Source: a virus. From it: a DNA stretch of 64,000 bases. The notes under the pieces are model-generated. The model had not been told where the DNA came from. It did not search any database and saw only the letters and a list, made by a program, of their open reading frames with translations. Of this stretch, positions 10,806 to 21,605 are shown piece after piece. A program made the position numbers and the translations under genes. Numbering within the stretch: position 1 is the stretch's first letter; every line of letters starts with the position of its first letter. The DNA lies in the UHGV virus genome UHGV-0318153; one strand, given 5' to 3'.

Positions 10806-13184
10806 TTATTTATCATATTTATTTTTATTAGACTTAGCAATTTTAAGTTTATTATTACTATCAAGAATTTTAGCATTAATTTCTCTATTTTTAAGAGCAG
10901 CTTCAGTTCTATTTTTTTCTCGTTCAGTATTTAGCTTTTCTCTTTCAATAGATTCTTTTATTTCGTCTAGCTTGCCCGTAGGGAATGAAGCATCATCAGA
11001 ACTAAGCATAGCTTTTAAACTTTCTATTTCACTATCAAGATACTTTTCTAATGTTAAAGTTTCTCTATCTTGTTCTCCTTTAGCTTGTATCTTTGCTATT
11101 TCATTCTGTTGTTTCATTTGTTCTATCTGTTGCTCCATTTGCTTCATTGTTTCTTCATGCTTGGTTTTTGCATCTTGTAATTTATCTATAAGACGTTTAA
11201 TCTCAGCACAATTATCGCCTTCAATAGCAGCAACAGCCATACTCATATCTCCATTTTGAGCAGCACTAAAAGCAAATTGTTTATATTGATTTAATTTCTC
11301 TCTTTCTTTAACAGATAGTTTTGCTTTAATAACATAATCTGCATATATATGAGAATTAACATCAAGACTTAAATATCTAATACTTCCTGTATTTTTATCT
11401 TTATATGATGTATTAAGACCATCTATCCAAGCAAGTTTAGTATAATCTAAATCTCTAGCATAATCATGTTCTCTAGCCCAATCAAACATAAACTCAACAA
11501 TAACACTACCCATGCTACCACGAATAACAGCTTCTTCTGTAACACCTTTACCAGCACTATTAGCAATAGCACCATATCGTTGAGGTGTCATATCAACTTT
11601 CATCATAGCTGCTTGTTCATTCTCTTGTAACAGTTGTCCTAATTGAGTAATATAATCATTTTGTCTAGTTTCAAGCATTCTTACTTGTTGGGCTTTTAGC
11701 ATTCCTTGGTCATCTTCATCATCAATATAAAGAACACCATCTGCTGCCATCTTATAAATTACATCATCAGGTTTTGTACCTAATAATGATTTAGCTATCA
11801 TAAGAACATTAAGTTTGTTTTTAGCAATAGCCATTTCTCTATGATAAGCAACAATATTTCCAAATATTTGATATGGTTTAATAATATCAATAATACTAAA
11901 TTTACCATATCCAGGAAGAAGTTCCATCAAACCATTATAAGGAAGTTTACCATTTCTATTATAATCTATTGGTCTAGCTTTAAAAGGATAAATTGAATTA
12001 TGCCTACCTCCAATTCTATCACATTCATAAACTTGTGTATCCCAATACCATTCAATAGAAATATCTCCAATAGCTTTATTTAATTTATAAGTTTCATCAA
12101 CAATTCGAGTTGTAATCAAACCATTATTTTGATAAGTAAGAATTCCTTTTTTAACTTCTCCTTTCCAAACAGTTTTCCAAACATCTATAAGACCTTGATT
12201 TAAATCTCTAGTCATTATAGGAACTTGTTTAATTTCAGTATCATTAAATTTCTTACATATATCAGGAAATGTTTTCTTATAATTATTCCAATACCATGTA
12301 TTATCATATTCTCCACCACGATTACCGTTTTTATAATATGATATTAAATAATCTTTTTCTTTATCTGATAAATCTTCTGAATATTCATCCATAATTTGTT
12401 GTAATGACATTTTTCGTCTTTCAGCAAACATATCAAAATCTTCAACTAATTGATTATCATTTGGAGTAGGAAAAGCATCTCTATTTGAAACAACTCGTTT
12501 ATGTATTGTATTTCCTTTTATTTCTGTATAAGTATAAAAACTACCAAATGTAACCCATTCAAAATATGCTCTAGCATATAAAGCAATACTATCTGTCAAA
12601 TCATCTATAACATCTAATATTGCTTGTCCTTGTGCTGATATATCATCAATATAATTCTCATTAAAATCTTCTATAAATTTATCAATATCTATAGCTTGTT
12701 GAGGATTAAATTCTTCAGGATTACCACCTTGTTGTACAAACGATTGTAATTCTTGTTGTATTCTTTGTGCTATTTGTTGTTGTACAAGCATAGTTAATTC
12801 TTGATTTAATTTTACATTTCTAGCCAATACAACTTCAGGATTATTAGCACTTACAATAAAATCATGAGCATTTTGTATATATTCTCCAACATATCTTCTT
12901 ATAATACCACTAACAATATCATAATTTCTCATTGTTGCTGGAAATCTTTTATATTTTTCTTCTTTAACATTATAAGGATTTAATATCTTCTTATAATCAT
13001 CTTCTGATATATTTTCTTTTAAAAAATTATATTTATCTTCTATATCTTTTGTATCAATACAATTAAGTCCAGAAGATATAACATAATCACAACAATTAGC
13101 ATACCATTCAGGTTTAGCTTTTTCAGCAGCAGAAACTTTCTGTTGAGGAAAATCTACATTTTGTTTATATCCTATAACATCCAT
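10806..13184 (-). CDS. portal protein (792 aa)
   Basis: Size and position are immediately downstream of the large terminase, and the C-terminal tail is coiled-coil/charged. The FPTGKL peptide near the C-terminus is encoded by one copy of the dispersed repeat. Confidence 0.65.
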   Translation of the reverse strand: MDVIGYKQNVDFPQQKVSAAEKAKPEWYANCCDYVISSGLNCIDTKDIEDKYNFLKENISEDDYKKILNPYNVKEEKYKRFPATMRNYDIVSGIIRRYVGEYIQNAHDFIVSANNPEVVLARNVKLNQELTMLVQQQIAQRIQQELQSFVQQGGNPEEFNPQQAIDIDKFIEDFNENYIDDISAQGQAILDVIDDLTDSIALYARAYFEWVTFGSFYTYTEIKGNTIHKRVVSNRDAFPTPNDNQLVEDFDMFAERRKMSLQQIMDEYSEDLSDKEKDYLISYYKNGNRGGEYDNTWYWNNYKKTFPDICKKFNDTEIKQVPIMTRDLNQGLIDVWKTVWKGEVKKGILTYQNNGLITTRIVDETYKLNKAIGDISIEWYWDTQVYECDRIGGRHNSIYPFKARPIDYNRNGKLPYNGLMELLPGYGKFSIIDIIKPYQIFGNIVAYHREMAIAKNKLNVLMIAKSLLGTKPDDVIYKMAADGVLYIDDEDDQGMLKAQQVRMLETRQNDYITQLGQLLQENEQAAMMKVDMTPQRYGAIANSAGKGVTEEAVIRGSMGSVIVEFMFDWAREHDYARDLDYTKLAWIDGLNTSYKDKNTGSIRYLSLDVNSHIYADYVIKAKLSVKEREKLNQYKQFAFSAAQNGDMSMAVAAIEGDNCAEIKRLIDKLQDAKTKHEETMKQMEQQIEQMKQQNEIAKIQAKGEQDRETLTLEKYLDSEIESLKAMLSSDDASFPTGKLDEIKESIEREKLNTEREKNRTEAALKNREINAKILDSNNKLKIAKSNKNKYDK

Positions 13185-13272
13185 AATTAATACTTTTTTC
13201 TACAAATAAAATAATATCTATAATATCACAATCAATTCCACTATGTTTTATAATAGTAAATAATTATTGGTG

Positions 13273-15531
13273 TCAATCAGCAAACCATTCTCGATTCCAA
13301 AAATCATTTTTAGATTTTTCATCTAAATCTTCTACTTTCTTCTTTGTTTGCATATCTAATTTACCTTTTATATCCAATGATTTATAATATATTGCATATA
13401 ACAACATTTCTGATACTCGGTCAAAGTTTCCTTCTGCGTTCCATTTCTTTAATTCTAATATAGATTGATAATCATATATTTTAGTAAAAGCATATATATC
13501 TTCTCCATTATCAGTTTTACCTATTACTTCATATAATGTTTCTTTTAATAATCGCAACGCATCAAGTTTCTTTGCACCATCTGTAACAACATATCCGTAA
13601 GTTGTACTAAATTTACCTTTAATAGTAGAATCCCAAACAAATAAAGGTTCATGTGCAAGATATTGTAAAGCTTTCCATTTCTTCATATTAGAAACAGTTT
13701 CACCTCTATTTACTTCAACAATACCTGTTCCATAACAATGATACCAAACACAAAGCATATAAAATATTTTATCAGCTTCTTCAAGTTTATCTGGTCTACC
13801 ATAATAAGCGGCACAACACTTAAATTTATATCCATTTCTAGCAGAAGGATTTTCCCAAACTCTTATACTATTATGTGAATGTTTATTTGTAATAGCTTTC
13901 TTTTCTTTATCAATACCGACAGGGTCATAAGTAACAGTATATGTTCCTCTAGGAATAACTTTACGTTGTCCAAATTCAGTATATTCAATATCATATTGAG
14001 GAGGAAACCAAATTCGAACACAACCATGGGGGTCTTCATTTCCTTTTCGAGGAACACCATTTATCCAATCATATATTTTAGCAGTTGGGTCTTCAGCTTT
14101 AATTCGTTCATTACTTTTAAAACTAACAACTCCATTTTGCATAAATAATTGCCCATCAACATAAAATTTTAAATTATTATCTAATCGAAGTTTATCTTCC
14201 CATTTATTAAATTCTTCACTTGCAAATATATTTTCAGTTGCACTACTAAATGCTTCTGCTGGAAACAAAGCTCTTTGCCCACAATAGTTAATATAGTCTG
14301 CATAAGTTTTAGCATTAGCTTTCATATTTTTTCTACCTCTATCAGCTAATTGCAAACCTATATCAATACGCGAATTACCAAATTCATCAACACCTTTAAC
14401 ACCATCTATTTCTCCTTCAATACCCCATGCATAACTTTTAAAAAATCCACATACTTCATGTCTACAATCTTTATCCCAAACATTTTCAAATGGCATAAAA
14501 TTATATCCTTTTGGATTATAAAAATTACTTTCAAATACTTGCATATTGGTAGCAGTAGCTGTTCCCCATGCAACTAACATACCTGTAGTAATATCACCAA
14601 CAGTCATTGCAGGTTCAGTTACAAACATAAAATCATCAAAATTATCCATTGTAGATAATTCTTCTACATTAACTCCAATAGCATCTTTACCAATAGCACA
14701 GTCTGGGTCATTAGCAGCAGATACAGAAATAAGAGAACTTTGCCAACTATCTTCGCTTTCAACTCCATTAGGTAATCTAAATCCTAAACGAAAATCCTCT
14801 ACATTAGGACTAAATATACCTCTTTTAAACATAGTCTTTTCTTCATAGAATTTTAGACTATTAATTGCAAAGTCAGTTAAACCTCCTTTTTTAGTTAGAT
14901 ATTTCTTATCAGATGCAACATTTATAAAAACTTTATGTTTTTGAAGATTAATAGCATTAGCACTTCTAGCAGCCATCATATAGCTAAAACCTCCACGACG
15001 GGTCTTAACAATAATAATATGAAAACCATTATTTCTAGCAAATTCTAGAACATTATGTGTCCAATATTGCGCATCAATAAATTTAGGAAAACTATATTTC
15101 TTTTGACCAACTCCACCTTTATTGCTATTGATAACACTTGCATCATCAGTCATACTCATTCGAGTATAATTAAGAAAATTATAATAATCTCCATTTATAT
15201 GAATATCTTCTATACTACCATCAGGATTTTCCCAACAAGGTGCAGAATATCCATAATATCTTCTATGTGTTTCTCTTTTTCTTAATTGTCTATAAGGAAT
15301 ACTATCTTTCTTAAAGTTTGTATATTTACCTTCTTTTTTAAATATATCAGCCATTTCTGTAAATAAATGAGTATTTACAAATCTACCTGGTCTAATATTC
15401 ATAAGAAATCCGCCACTATCTCCAATAAGAAAATTATTATAAGGGTCATAATATCCAGCTTCAGCAGCAGTTTGATAATGTGATTTATCTTCTTTAATAA
15501 ATTCAGCAAAAGGATATATTTCTTTAGTCAT
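13273..15531 (-). CDS. terL: terminase large subunit (752 aa)
   Basis: A lambda gpA-like Walker A (VKTRRGGFSYMMAA, compare KSARVGYSK) is followed by a C-terminal RNaseH-like nuclease region (VTYDPVGID). Position is upstream of the portal gene. Confidence 0.75.
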   Translation of the reverse strand: MTKEIYPFAEFIKEDKSHYQTAAEAGYYDPYNNFLIGDSGGFLMNIRPGRFVNTHLFTEMADIFKKEGKYTNFKKDSIPYRQLRKRETHRRYYGYSAPCWENPDGSIEDIHINGDYYNFLNYTRMSMTDDASVINSNKGGVGQKKYSFPKFIDAQYWTHNVLEFARNNGFHIIIVKTRRGGFSYMMAARSANAINLQKHKVFINVASDKKYLTKKGGLTDFAINSLKFYEEKTMFKRGIFSPNVEDFRLGFRLPNGVESEDSWQSSLISVSAANDPDCAIGKDAIGVNVEELSTMDNFDDFMFVTEPAMTVGDITTGMLVAWGTATATNMQVFESNFYNPKGYNFMPFENVWDKDCRHEVCGFFKSYAWGIEGEIDGVKGVDEFGNSRIDIGLQLADRGRKNMKANAKTYADYINYCGQRALFPAEAFSSATENIFASEEFNKWEDKLRLDNNLKFYVDGQLFMQNGVVSFKSNERIKAEDPTAKIYDWINGVPRKGNEDPHGCVRIWFPPQYDIEYTEFGQRKVIPRGTYTVTYDPVGIDKEKKAITNKHSHNSIRVWENPSARNGYKFKCCAAYYGRPDKLEEADKIFYMLCVWYHCYGTGIVEVNRGETVSNMKKWKALQYLAHEPLFVWDSTIKGKFSTTYGYVVTDGAKKLDALRLLKETLYEVIGKTDNGEDIYAFTKIYDYQSILELKKWNAEGNFDRVSEMLLYAIYYKSLDIKGKLDMQTKKKVEDLDEKSKNDFWNREWFAD

Positions 15532-15539
15532 ATAATTAT

Positions 15540-15950
15540 TTATTTAATTAATAAAAACAATAAAAGCGAAGTCGCTAATCCACCAGCAACTCCGCCATAT
15601 ATAACATTTCTCCTTTTATATTTATCAACATCATGTTGTAATTGTTGATTTATTCTTTCAGTTGCTATAGCAGCATCTTTCATTTTATTATAAGCATCTT
15701 CATATACATCTATTTTCTTATTTTGAAGATAAATTATACTATCTTTTAAAGCTATAATATTATTTTTAAATTTATATTTAATAAATATTTTGTTAGCTTC
15801 TCGAACTTCATCAATACTAATTTTAATACTATCTTGCTGTAGCTTGCCCGTAGGGAATGTAATGCTATCATTACTTACATTCTTGCAATAACTGTCTAAA
15901 CAGAATAACTGTACTATCATTACTAAGATTATCTGCTTTATTGATTTCAT
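15540..15950 (-). CDS. Spanin-like lysis protein (136 aa) with an N-terminal signal/Cys-containing segment and a C-terminal TM helix (u-spanin-like architecture).
   Basis: N-terminus MKSIKQIILVMIVQLFCLDSYC and C-terminal TM GGVAGGLATSLLLFLLIK. It overlaps the preceding small TM gene out of frame, next to the endolysin. Confidence 0.45.
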   Translation of the reverse strand: MKSIKQIILVMIVQLFCLDSYCKNVSNDSITFPTGKLQQDSIKISIDEVREANKIFIKYKFKNNIIALKDSIIYLQNKKIDVYEDAYNKMKDAAIATERINQQLQHDVDKYKRRNVIYGGVAGGLATSLLLFLLIK

Positions 15951-16167
15951 CTTTCATTGTATTATTAATTGTTATTATTGTACTATCTTTTTGAATAATA
16001 TTATATTGAATAGAGTCAATCTGAAGTTTATTAAAAACAGTATCAACATTGCATTTATTAAAGACTTCTACATTTTTTATTTTATTGACAACAAACAACG
16101 TTAAACTTAAATTAATTATCTCTATAATCAACACTATTATAATAATCTTCTTCATAACTCTATTCAA
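15871..16167 (-). CDS. small N-terminal-TM protein (98 aa), i-spanin/holin candidate
   Basis: N-terminal TM (KKIIIIVLIIEIINLSLTLFVV). It sits immediately downstream of the endolysin and overlaps 15540..15950. Confidence 0.4.
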   Translation of the reverse strand: MNRVMKKIIIIVLIIEIINLSLTLFVVNKIKNVEVFNKCNVDTVFNKLQIDSIQYNIIQKDSTIITINNTMKDEINKADNLSNDSTVILFRQLLQECK

Positions 16168-16175
16168 TTATAATT

Positions 16176-16592
16176 TTATTTTAAAGTAACTAATTTATTA
16201 AATAAATCAAGTTTCCAAATTCCAGTTTCTCTAAGACCAAGACTTCTTTCTGCAAATTTAATTGCAGCAACAGCACCTTGATTAACACAAGTATCAAACA
16301 TAATATCTGCAACTTGTTGATTTGGAATTTCATCTAAATCAAAACAATCCCAATATCTATCTTTATATAAATCATAAACAACTTTTTCAAGTTCAGGATT
16401 TCTATTAAGATAACCTTTAAAATCTTTAGGATGTTCTTTTTTAGTATTATCAATTATACGCCATCCTTTCCAATCAGAATTATATTTTCTTGAAATTCCT
16501 TTATAAGTTTCTCCACCTTTATCATCTGGGTCATTAACATAACCGCCTTCTTTACAAAGAACTTTATCTAATGCAATTTTAAAATTAGCCAT
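16176..16592 (-). CDS. endolysin, GH108-family N-acetylmuramidase (138 aa)
   Basis: Contains the GH108 signature EGGYVNDPDDKGGETYKGI. Confidence 0.85.
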   Translation of the reverse strand: MANFKIALDKVLCKEGGYVNDPDDKGGETYKGISRKYNSDWKGWRIIDNTKKEHPKDFKGYLNRNPELEKVVYDLYKDRYWDCFDLDEIPNQQVADIMFDTCVNQGAVAAIKFAERSLGLRETGIWKLDLFNKLVTLK

Positions 16593-16595
16593 AAT

Positions 16596-16832
16596 TTAAA
16601 CATTTATTATTGTATCAAACAAAGATATTGAATTTATTTTATTAAAATGATATGCTTCTATATCAAATTCATTACAATTAATAGATTTAAAAGTAATCCA
16701 AAGTTTATATCTTTTTACTTGTAATTTAAACTTATGATGAATTACATAATGACCATTTTCTTTAACTGTTCTACGAATTTCAACAAGTCTATAATTTTTC
16801 TTTTGTTTAATAATTTCTTTAATTATTTTCAT
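16596..16832 (-). CDS. hypothetical small protein (78 aa)
   Basis: ORF in the operon, tightly packed. Confidence 0.4.
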   Translation of the reverse strand: MKIIKEIIKQKKNYRLVEIRRTVKENGHYVIHHKFKLQVKRYKLWITFKSINCNEFDIEAYHFNKINSISLFDTIINV

Positions 16833-17094
16833 GATATTTTATTAATTCATTAAATCTGTTTAATAATTCTTCTTTAGTAAGATTATCATCAAAAGTACCT
16901 TCTGTTAATTGATTATTTTTATATAAACAATATTTTGTACACCAATTATTATTAGTGGCAATTTTTGCATTTGGTTTTCCATCAAATATTGGATGTATTT
17001 TAATATTAATATATCCAATTTGATATTCATTACCATTTACAACTTTTTTAATTTCGCCATAACAATATTTACTTATACTCATAACATCATTCAT
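16819..17094 (-). CDS. hypothetical small protein (91 aa)
   Basis: ORF in the operon, with overlapping stop/start. Confidence 0.4.
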   Translation of the reverse strand: MNDVMSISKYCYGEIKKVVNGNEYQIGYINIKIHPIFDGKPNAKIATNNNWCTKYCLYKNNQLTEGTFDDNLTKEELLNRFNELIKYHENN

Positions 17095-17419
17095 TTAAAA
17101 CTCTTAAAACCCAGCCTCTATAATATTTTATATTATTACCTTTTGCAGCTATATTAGTATAATGTCTTATTCTTTCTAATTTATATTTAGCAACAAAAAG
17201 TTCAGCTGAAATAGTTGTATCACATTTATAAGCATTAAGACTATCTTGAGTTCGTCGAAGTAATTCTTTAGTAAGAACAAGTTCTTTTAAACTCGTTGAA
17301 TCTTGCCCGTAGGGAATATAACGTATTTCAGGAACAGGTTTACTATTAAATATTGTAGCAAGTATAATAGTTACAATTCCAATAACAATAGCTATCACAA
17401 GATATAAATCTTTATTCAT
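17087..17419 (-). CDS. small N-terminal-TM protein (110 aa), holin candidate
   Basis: Single N-terminal TM (LYLVIAIVIGIVTIILATIF). It lies in the lysis neighbourhood and contains one dispersed-repeat copy. Confidence 0.45.
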   Translation of the reverse strand: MNKDLYLVIAIVIGIVTIILATIFNSKPVPEIRYIPYGQDSTSLKELVLTKELLRRTQDSLNAYKCDTTISAELFVAKYKLERIRHYTNIAAKGNNIKYYRGWVLRVLNE

Positions 17420-18417
17420 TACATTTCAAGTTTAAATTGTTGTTTAACTTCATTAGCTTTAAGTTTCATTTTTCTATCAGCTAAAATTTTATCTATCTCT
17501 GCACTTCTATAAGGCATAACATAAAATTTAGTTTTCTCAATAGGATTATCTTTTATATGATAAAGACCATCTTCAAATCTTTTCGGCATACCATATTCAT
17601 TAAGTTCATAATCACAATCTATATGTAACAACCATAAACCTTTTAATGTCATACCTGTTATAATTTCTACAGCTTTAGCATATAAACTAATTTGTAAATT
17701 ATATATAGAACCATTACAATTATCCATATGAGTTAATGGTGGTAATAATGTTTCTTTTTTTTGCACCCAAATATTAGTTAATTGAATAGGATTTTGTTTT
17801 TTATCTTTTTTATAAAATCCTGCTTCAAACTTTAAACCATCTCTATTCGACTTATAATCTCCAACAACATAATTTCCATCATCTCTAACTAATAACACGT
17901 CAATAGTTCCAGATATTAAATAATCTATTAAGAAAAAACCTATTTCAGCATATATTTTATATCCAGCATTTGTATATTTTTCATAAACAGAATATACATC
18001 AGGATATTTATTATTAGTTAATTCAATAAAATCTTTTATATTTAATAATTTATATTTAGCTTGTATATTATTTAAATCAGCAACAGTTATCATTTCACCA
18101 TCTTTTGTGCCATAATATTTAACAGCTTGTTGAAATTGACTACTATTGCGAACAGCATCTTCTAAATTATTATGAACTTTATTACCTGCATTACAAGCAT
18201 AATCTGTTATTTCTTTCCATTTATTTTCTAATTCTTTTACACTAATTCCACTTTCTTTTGCTTTTTTATGAAGCCAATATTCTTTATTAAATTTTGGAAC
18301 ATAATCATGTAATAATTGAGTAGTAGATTTATAAGAATTACCTAAACTATCTGTATATTTATGTTCAGCTTCATTAAAAAACAATCTAACATCATTATAT
18401 ATTTTAGGTATCTCCAT
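17419..18417 (-). CDS. PD-(D/E)XK (RecB/Cas4-like) nuclease. The likely start is MEIPK at 18417; the track ORF extends to 18462.
   Basis: The N-terminal EHKY..G..YKSTTQLL motif is typical of phage RecB-family exonucleases. The D...GDYK catalytic motif is present (IDVLLVRDDGNYVVGDYKS). Confidence 0.6.
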   Translation of the reverse strand: MEIPKIYNDVRLFFNEAEHKYTDSLGNSYKSTTQLLHDYVPKFNKEYWLHKKAKESGISVKELENKWKEITDYACNAGNKVHNNLEDAVRNSSQFQQAVKYYGTKDGEMITVADLNNIQAKYKLLNIKDFIELTNNKYPDVYSVYEKYTNAGYKIYAEIGFFLIDYLISGTIDVLLVRDDGNYVVGDYKSNRDGLKFEAGFYKKDKKQNPIQLTNIWVQKKETLLPPLTHMDNCNGSIYNLQISLYAKAVEIITGMTLKGLWLLHIDCDYELNEYGMPKRFEDGLYHIKDNPIEKTKFYVMPYRSAEIDKILADRKMKLKANEVKQQFKLEM

Positions 18418-19147
18418 AATAAAACTTCCATTTAAAACCACCACAAAGAGTTCCTCTACCATTACAACATCTAGATATATTTTGATAATTTAAATTATTA
18501 TCTTTTCCAGCTTCTGCAATACTATCATAAATCTTTATAATTTCATTTGTCTTATTATTTATTTTAGCTATACGCTTTTTATGAGCGGAAACCTCATTCA
18601 AATTATTTAAATCATCTTCATATCTAAATATAAAACCTTTAACAGTTTGTTGTCCTTTTCTATGAGAACAACAATTTGCAACTTCACCTCTTGTAGCACC
18701 AATGGTTAATTCTGCATCATGAGTGCTATCAAATATATAAATTAATTTTTTAGTATGTTTATCAAATTGATAAACCTTTTTACCTTGAGAATAAGTAGTG
18801 TTATCTTTAGCAGTCATCCAATTTAAATTAGATGCTCTATTATCTGTTTTAATTTCATTAATATGATTTACTTGTGATAAATTATTTGGATTTGGAACAA
18901 ATAACATGGCAACAATTCTATGTACAGGATATGTTTTACCTTCTATTAAAGCCATGACATATCCTGTTTTTGGATTAGGAGTATTAAATACTATTTTAGC
19001 TTTTCCACTTTTAATAGATTTAATTCTACCCATATTACTAACAAAATAACCTTTAAATTCTTTCCAAATTTCATTCGGTAAATCTTCTACAGTATTTGTA
19101 TAAAAATTATTTTGTTTATTTGAAAGCGAAAAATTAAATTTAACCAT
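18404..19147 (-). CDS. HNH homing endonuclease (NUMOD4 + HNH_3 + C-terminal NUMOD1-like DNA-binding module)
   Basis: NUMOD4 GYFVSNMGRIKS, HNH region HRIVAMLFVPNP...VNHINEIKTDNRASNLNWMT, and C-terminal GEVANCCSHRKGQQTVKGFIFRY. Confidence 0.8.
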   Translation of the reverse strand: MVKFNFSLSNKQNNFYTNTVEDLPNEIWKEFKGYFVSNMGRIKSIKSGKAKIVFNTPNPKTGYVMALIEGKTYPVHRIVAMLFVPNPNNLSQVNHINEIKTDNRASNLNWMTAKDNTTYSQGKKVYQFDKHTKKLIYIFDSTHDAELTIGATRGEVANCCSHRKGQQTVKGFIFRYEDDLNNLNEVSAHKKRIAKINNKTNEIIKIYDSIAEAGKDNNLNYQNISRCCNGRGTLCGGFKWKFYYGDT

Positions 19148-19149
19148 GA

Positions 19150-19749
19150 TTATACATCTTCTTCAATCATACTAGACTCAGCATTATTACCTCCTCTAAC
19201 TCGTATTGTTTCTTCTTCAAGTTGTAATTGTTGTTGTGCTTCATTTAAACTTTTAATAAGATTTGGCAAATCTGTAATCTTTTTATTAAGTCTATCCATT
19301 ATATCAATAACAGATGTAGCATCTTCATCACTTAAACCGCTACTTAATTTGTTATTTAATAATTCATTTAAAATATTACCAGCAAGAGTAACATTATGAA
19401 TAGCTTTTTGTAAAGATTCAACAGCAGTTCCAACTACACCTATTCGTTCATCATGATAACGCTTTATAAGTTTTTCTACTAATAAATCAGGTCGATAATT
19501 AACAGGTAAATCAAAGTTTTCTATTGCTCGTTTAAGTGCTTCATTTCTACTAAGACCTTCTTGCATACAAGGTCCTTTTGGGTCAGCAAGATAATATATA
19601 ACACCAACTTCTTTTATATACATTATTTTATCAGGAGTATTATCTCTAAGATATAATGCTTTAACATCTTTATCAAGAAGTTGTTTTATATTAGGAGCTT
19701 TTGGCATACCTGTATCATCAATCGTCAAAAGTCTATCTATTTGTATCAT
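19150..19749 (-). CDS. hypothetical protein (199 aa)
   Basis: ORF in the operon. Confidence 0.5.
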   Translation of the reverse strand: MIQIDRLLTIDDTGMPKAPNIKQLLDKDVKALYLRDNTPDKIMYIKEVGVIYYLADPKGPCMQEGLSRNEALKRAIENFDLPVNYRPDLLVEKLIKRYHDERIGVVGTAVESLQKAIHNVTLAGNILNELLNNKLSSGLSDEDATSVIDIMDRLNKKITDLPNLIKSLNEAQQQLQLEEETIRVRGGNNAESSMIEEDV

Positions 19750-20266
19750 CTGTTAAAATCTCCATATAACTATCATGTACTTCTTGTATAAAAGGAATAT
19801 CAATCATTTTCTTTTTAAATTCATAATATAATTTAGCAAATCTCATTCCTTTTTTTCTACAAAGATTTACATAATCAGTAAATTCTTTACCAGGCGTAAG
19901 TTTAAATGCTTTCTTTCTTGCAATTTCTTCATCACGTAATCTTCTTTCTTCAATAGAAGCTGCTCTTAAAAATTCTTTTTTTTCTTCTTTAGTAAGATTA
20001 TTACTTTCAGAAAGAAAATTCTTATATTTCTTTAATACATTTCTACGAATAAGATTTTTACGAAATTTACCAATATAAGGAATATGAACTCCATTATCGG
20101 CACGAAATTGAATACTTGCTTCTAATTCTAGACTTTCAATAATACTTGCACAAAGCAATCTTTCATTATCATTAGCAAAAACTATATCTTTTAAAACATC
20201 ATCAAACTTTTTATAAACAACAGGATAGTCTGTATTTATATCTTCTCCATAAAAAACATCATCCAT
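19733..20266 (-). CDS. hypothetical protein (177 aa)
   Basis: ORF in the operon. Confidence 0.5.
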   Translation of the reverse strand: MDDVFYGEDINTDYPVVYKKFDDVLKDIVFANDNERLLCASIIESLELEASIQFRADNGVHIPYIGKFRKNLIRRNVLKKYKNFLSESNNLTKEEKKEFLRAASIEERRLRDEEIARKKAFKLTPGKEFTDYVNLCRKKGMRFAKLYYEFKKKMIDIPFIQEVHDSYMEILTDDTNR

Positions 20267-20298
20267 ATTATCTAATTGTAGCTTGCCCGTAGGGAATG

Positions 20299-20853
20299 TT
20301 AGAACTTCATTATACTCTCAAATTTAGCATCTTTAGAATATACAGCTTTAATATCACAATTAGGAATAACTTTATATTCTATAAAATAACAATCAGGAGC
20401 ATTATTTTTAGCTTCATTATTAGTTTCATTACCTGTCTTAAAATAAGAACCATTCATAATTGACATATAAAGGTCTTTATCATTTGCACAATATTTACCA
20501 ACAGAAGCAAAACTATTAATATTATTTGGAACATAAAAATGAGTTCCACGTTCAATAGATAAAGCATCTATGATAGGTCTATCACAAGTTTTATATTTAT
20601 TAGATTTAGCAATAATTGGAGTAATATCAATACTAATATCTGATTTATTTTTTACACTCATTACACAATTAAACAATTTATCTTTATAACAAATTGCTAA
20701 CAATGAATAATGTTCAGCAACTTCTACATCTTTAAGAAGTTTTTCAAAATAATCTGTATTAATTTCATTAATACTAGTAGGAACTATAATTCCATAATTC
20801 TTTAAATCACTTTTAATTTTCAACATAATCAATAATTTTATTTGGTTATACAA
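20299..20853 (-). CDS. hypothetical protein (184 aa)
   Basis: ORF in the operon. Confidence 0.5.
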   Translation of the reverse strand: MYNQIKLLIMLKIKSDLKNYGIIVPTSINEINTDYFEKLLKDVEVAEHYSLLAICYKDKLFNCVMSVKNKSDISIDITPIIAKSNKYKTCDRPIIDALSIERGTHFYVPNNINSFASVGKYCANDKDLYMSIMNGSYFKTGNETNNEAKNNAPDCYFIEYKVIPNCDIKAVYSKDAKFESIMKF

Positions 20854-21077
20854 TTAATTCCTAGTTCTCCAAGATTAAACTTTCTATTAGTTTTAACTTT
20901 AATTTCTTCTCTAGTTTCTTCTTTAGCTTTTATAACAGCATTTTGTCTTTTATTTTTACTTATAAATGCTTCAGCTCTTTCAATAACTTTATTCATATCA
21001 TTATCATTTATAATTTCATCAATACAATTATAAGTAATATTATTGAGATAAACAATAGCTGTAACAATTTTTAACAA
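20838..21077 (-). CDS. hypothetical protein (79 aa), first gene of the minus-strand block
   Basis: ORF at the edge of the non-coding origin-like region. Confidence 0.4.
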   Translation of the reverse strand: MLKIVTAIVYLNNITYNCIDEIINDNDMNKVIERAEAFISKNKRQNAVIKAKEETREEIKVKTNRKFNLGELGINCITK

Positions 21078-21167
21078 TTAAGCTGATTAATAACATCTAT
21101 ATAAATCTATCTTATATTATATATCTTATATAGATATATTATCTATATTATATATTATATTATTATA

Positions 21168-21216
<49 letters not shown>

Positions 21217-21274
21217 CTATAATAAGCTAATATAAAGACAGGTTTATAGCTAATATAACAGAAGATAAATATGA

Positions 21275-21600
21275 TTATATAAGAGAAGATGAATATAATA
21301 AACCCCCTATTAAAGATGATGATTGAATAATCCCCCCTATGTTTATAGATAATAAAGAGAAAGTAAAATAAGAAACAAGAGAATAATATAATAGAAGATA
21401 AAGATAATAAGATATAAAGTAAAACGATGAAGATAATGAAAATGATAACATGAAAGTAAAAATAGAGATGAAAATTATAAAGGCAGTAAAAAAGATAATA
21501 AAGAAGGTGAAAGTAGAAATGAAGAGAATAAAGATAATGAAAATGTAAATAATAAACATGATGATGTAAAATGGAAATGAAGAAAATAAAGAAGATGATG
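21275..21600 (+). repeat. Polypurine (A/G-only) tract of ~330 bp with internal GAAGATAATGAAAATG-type repeats
   Basis: Almost no C/T occur on the plus strand here. The ORF-track hit 21275..21559 (MFIIYIFIIF...) is a low-complexity artefact. Confidence 0.8.
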
Positions 21601-21605
21601 TAAAA

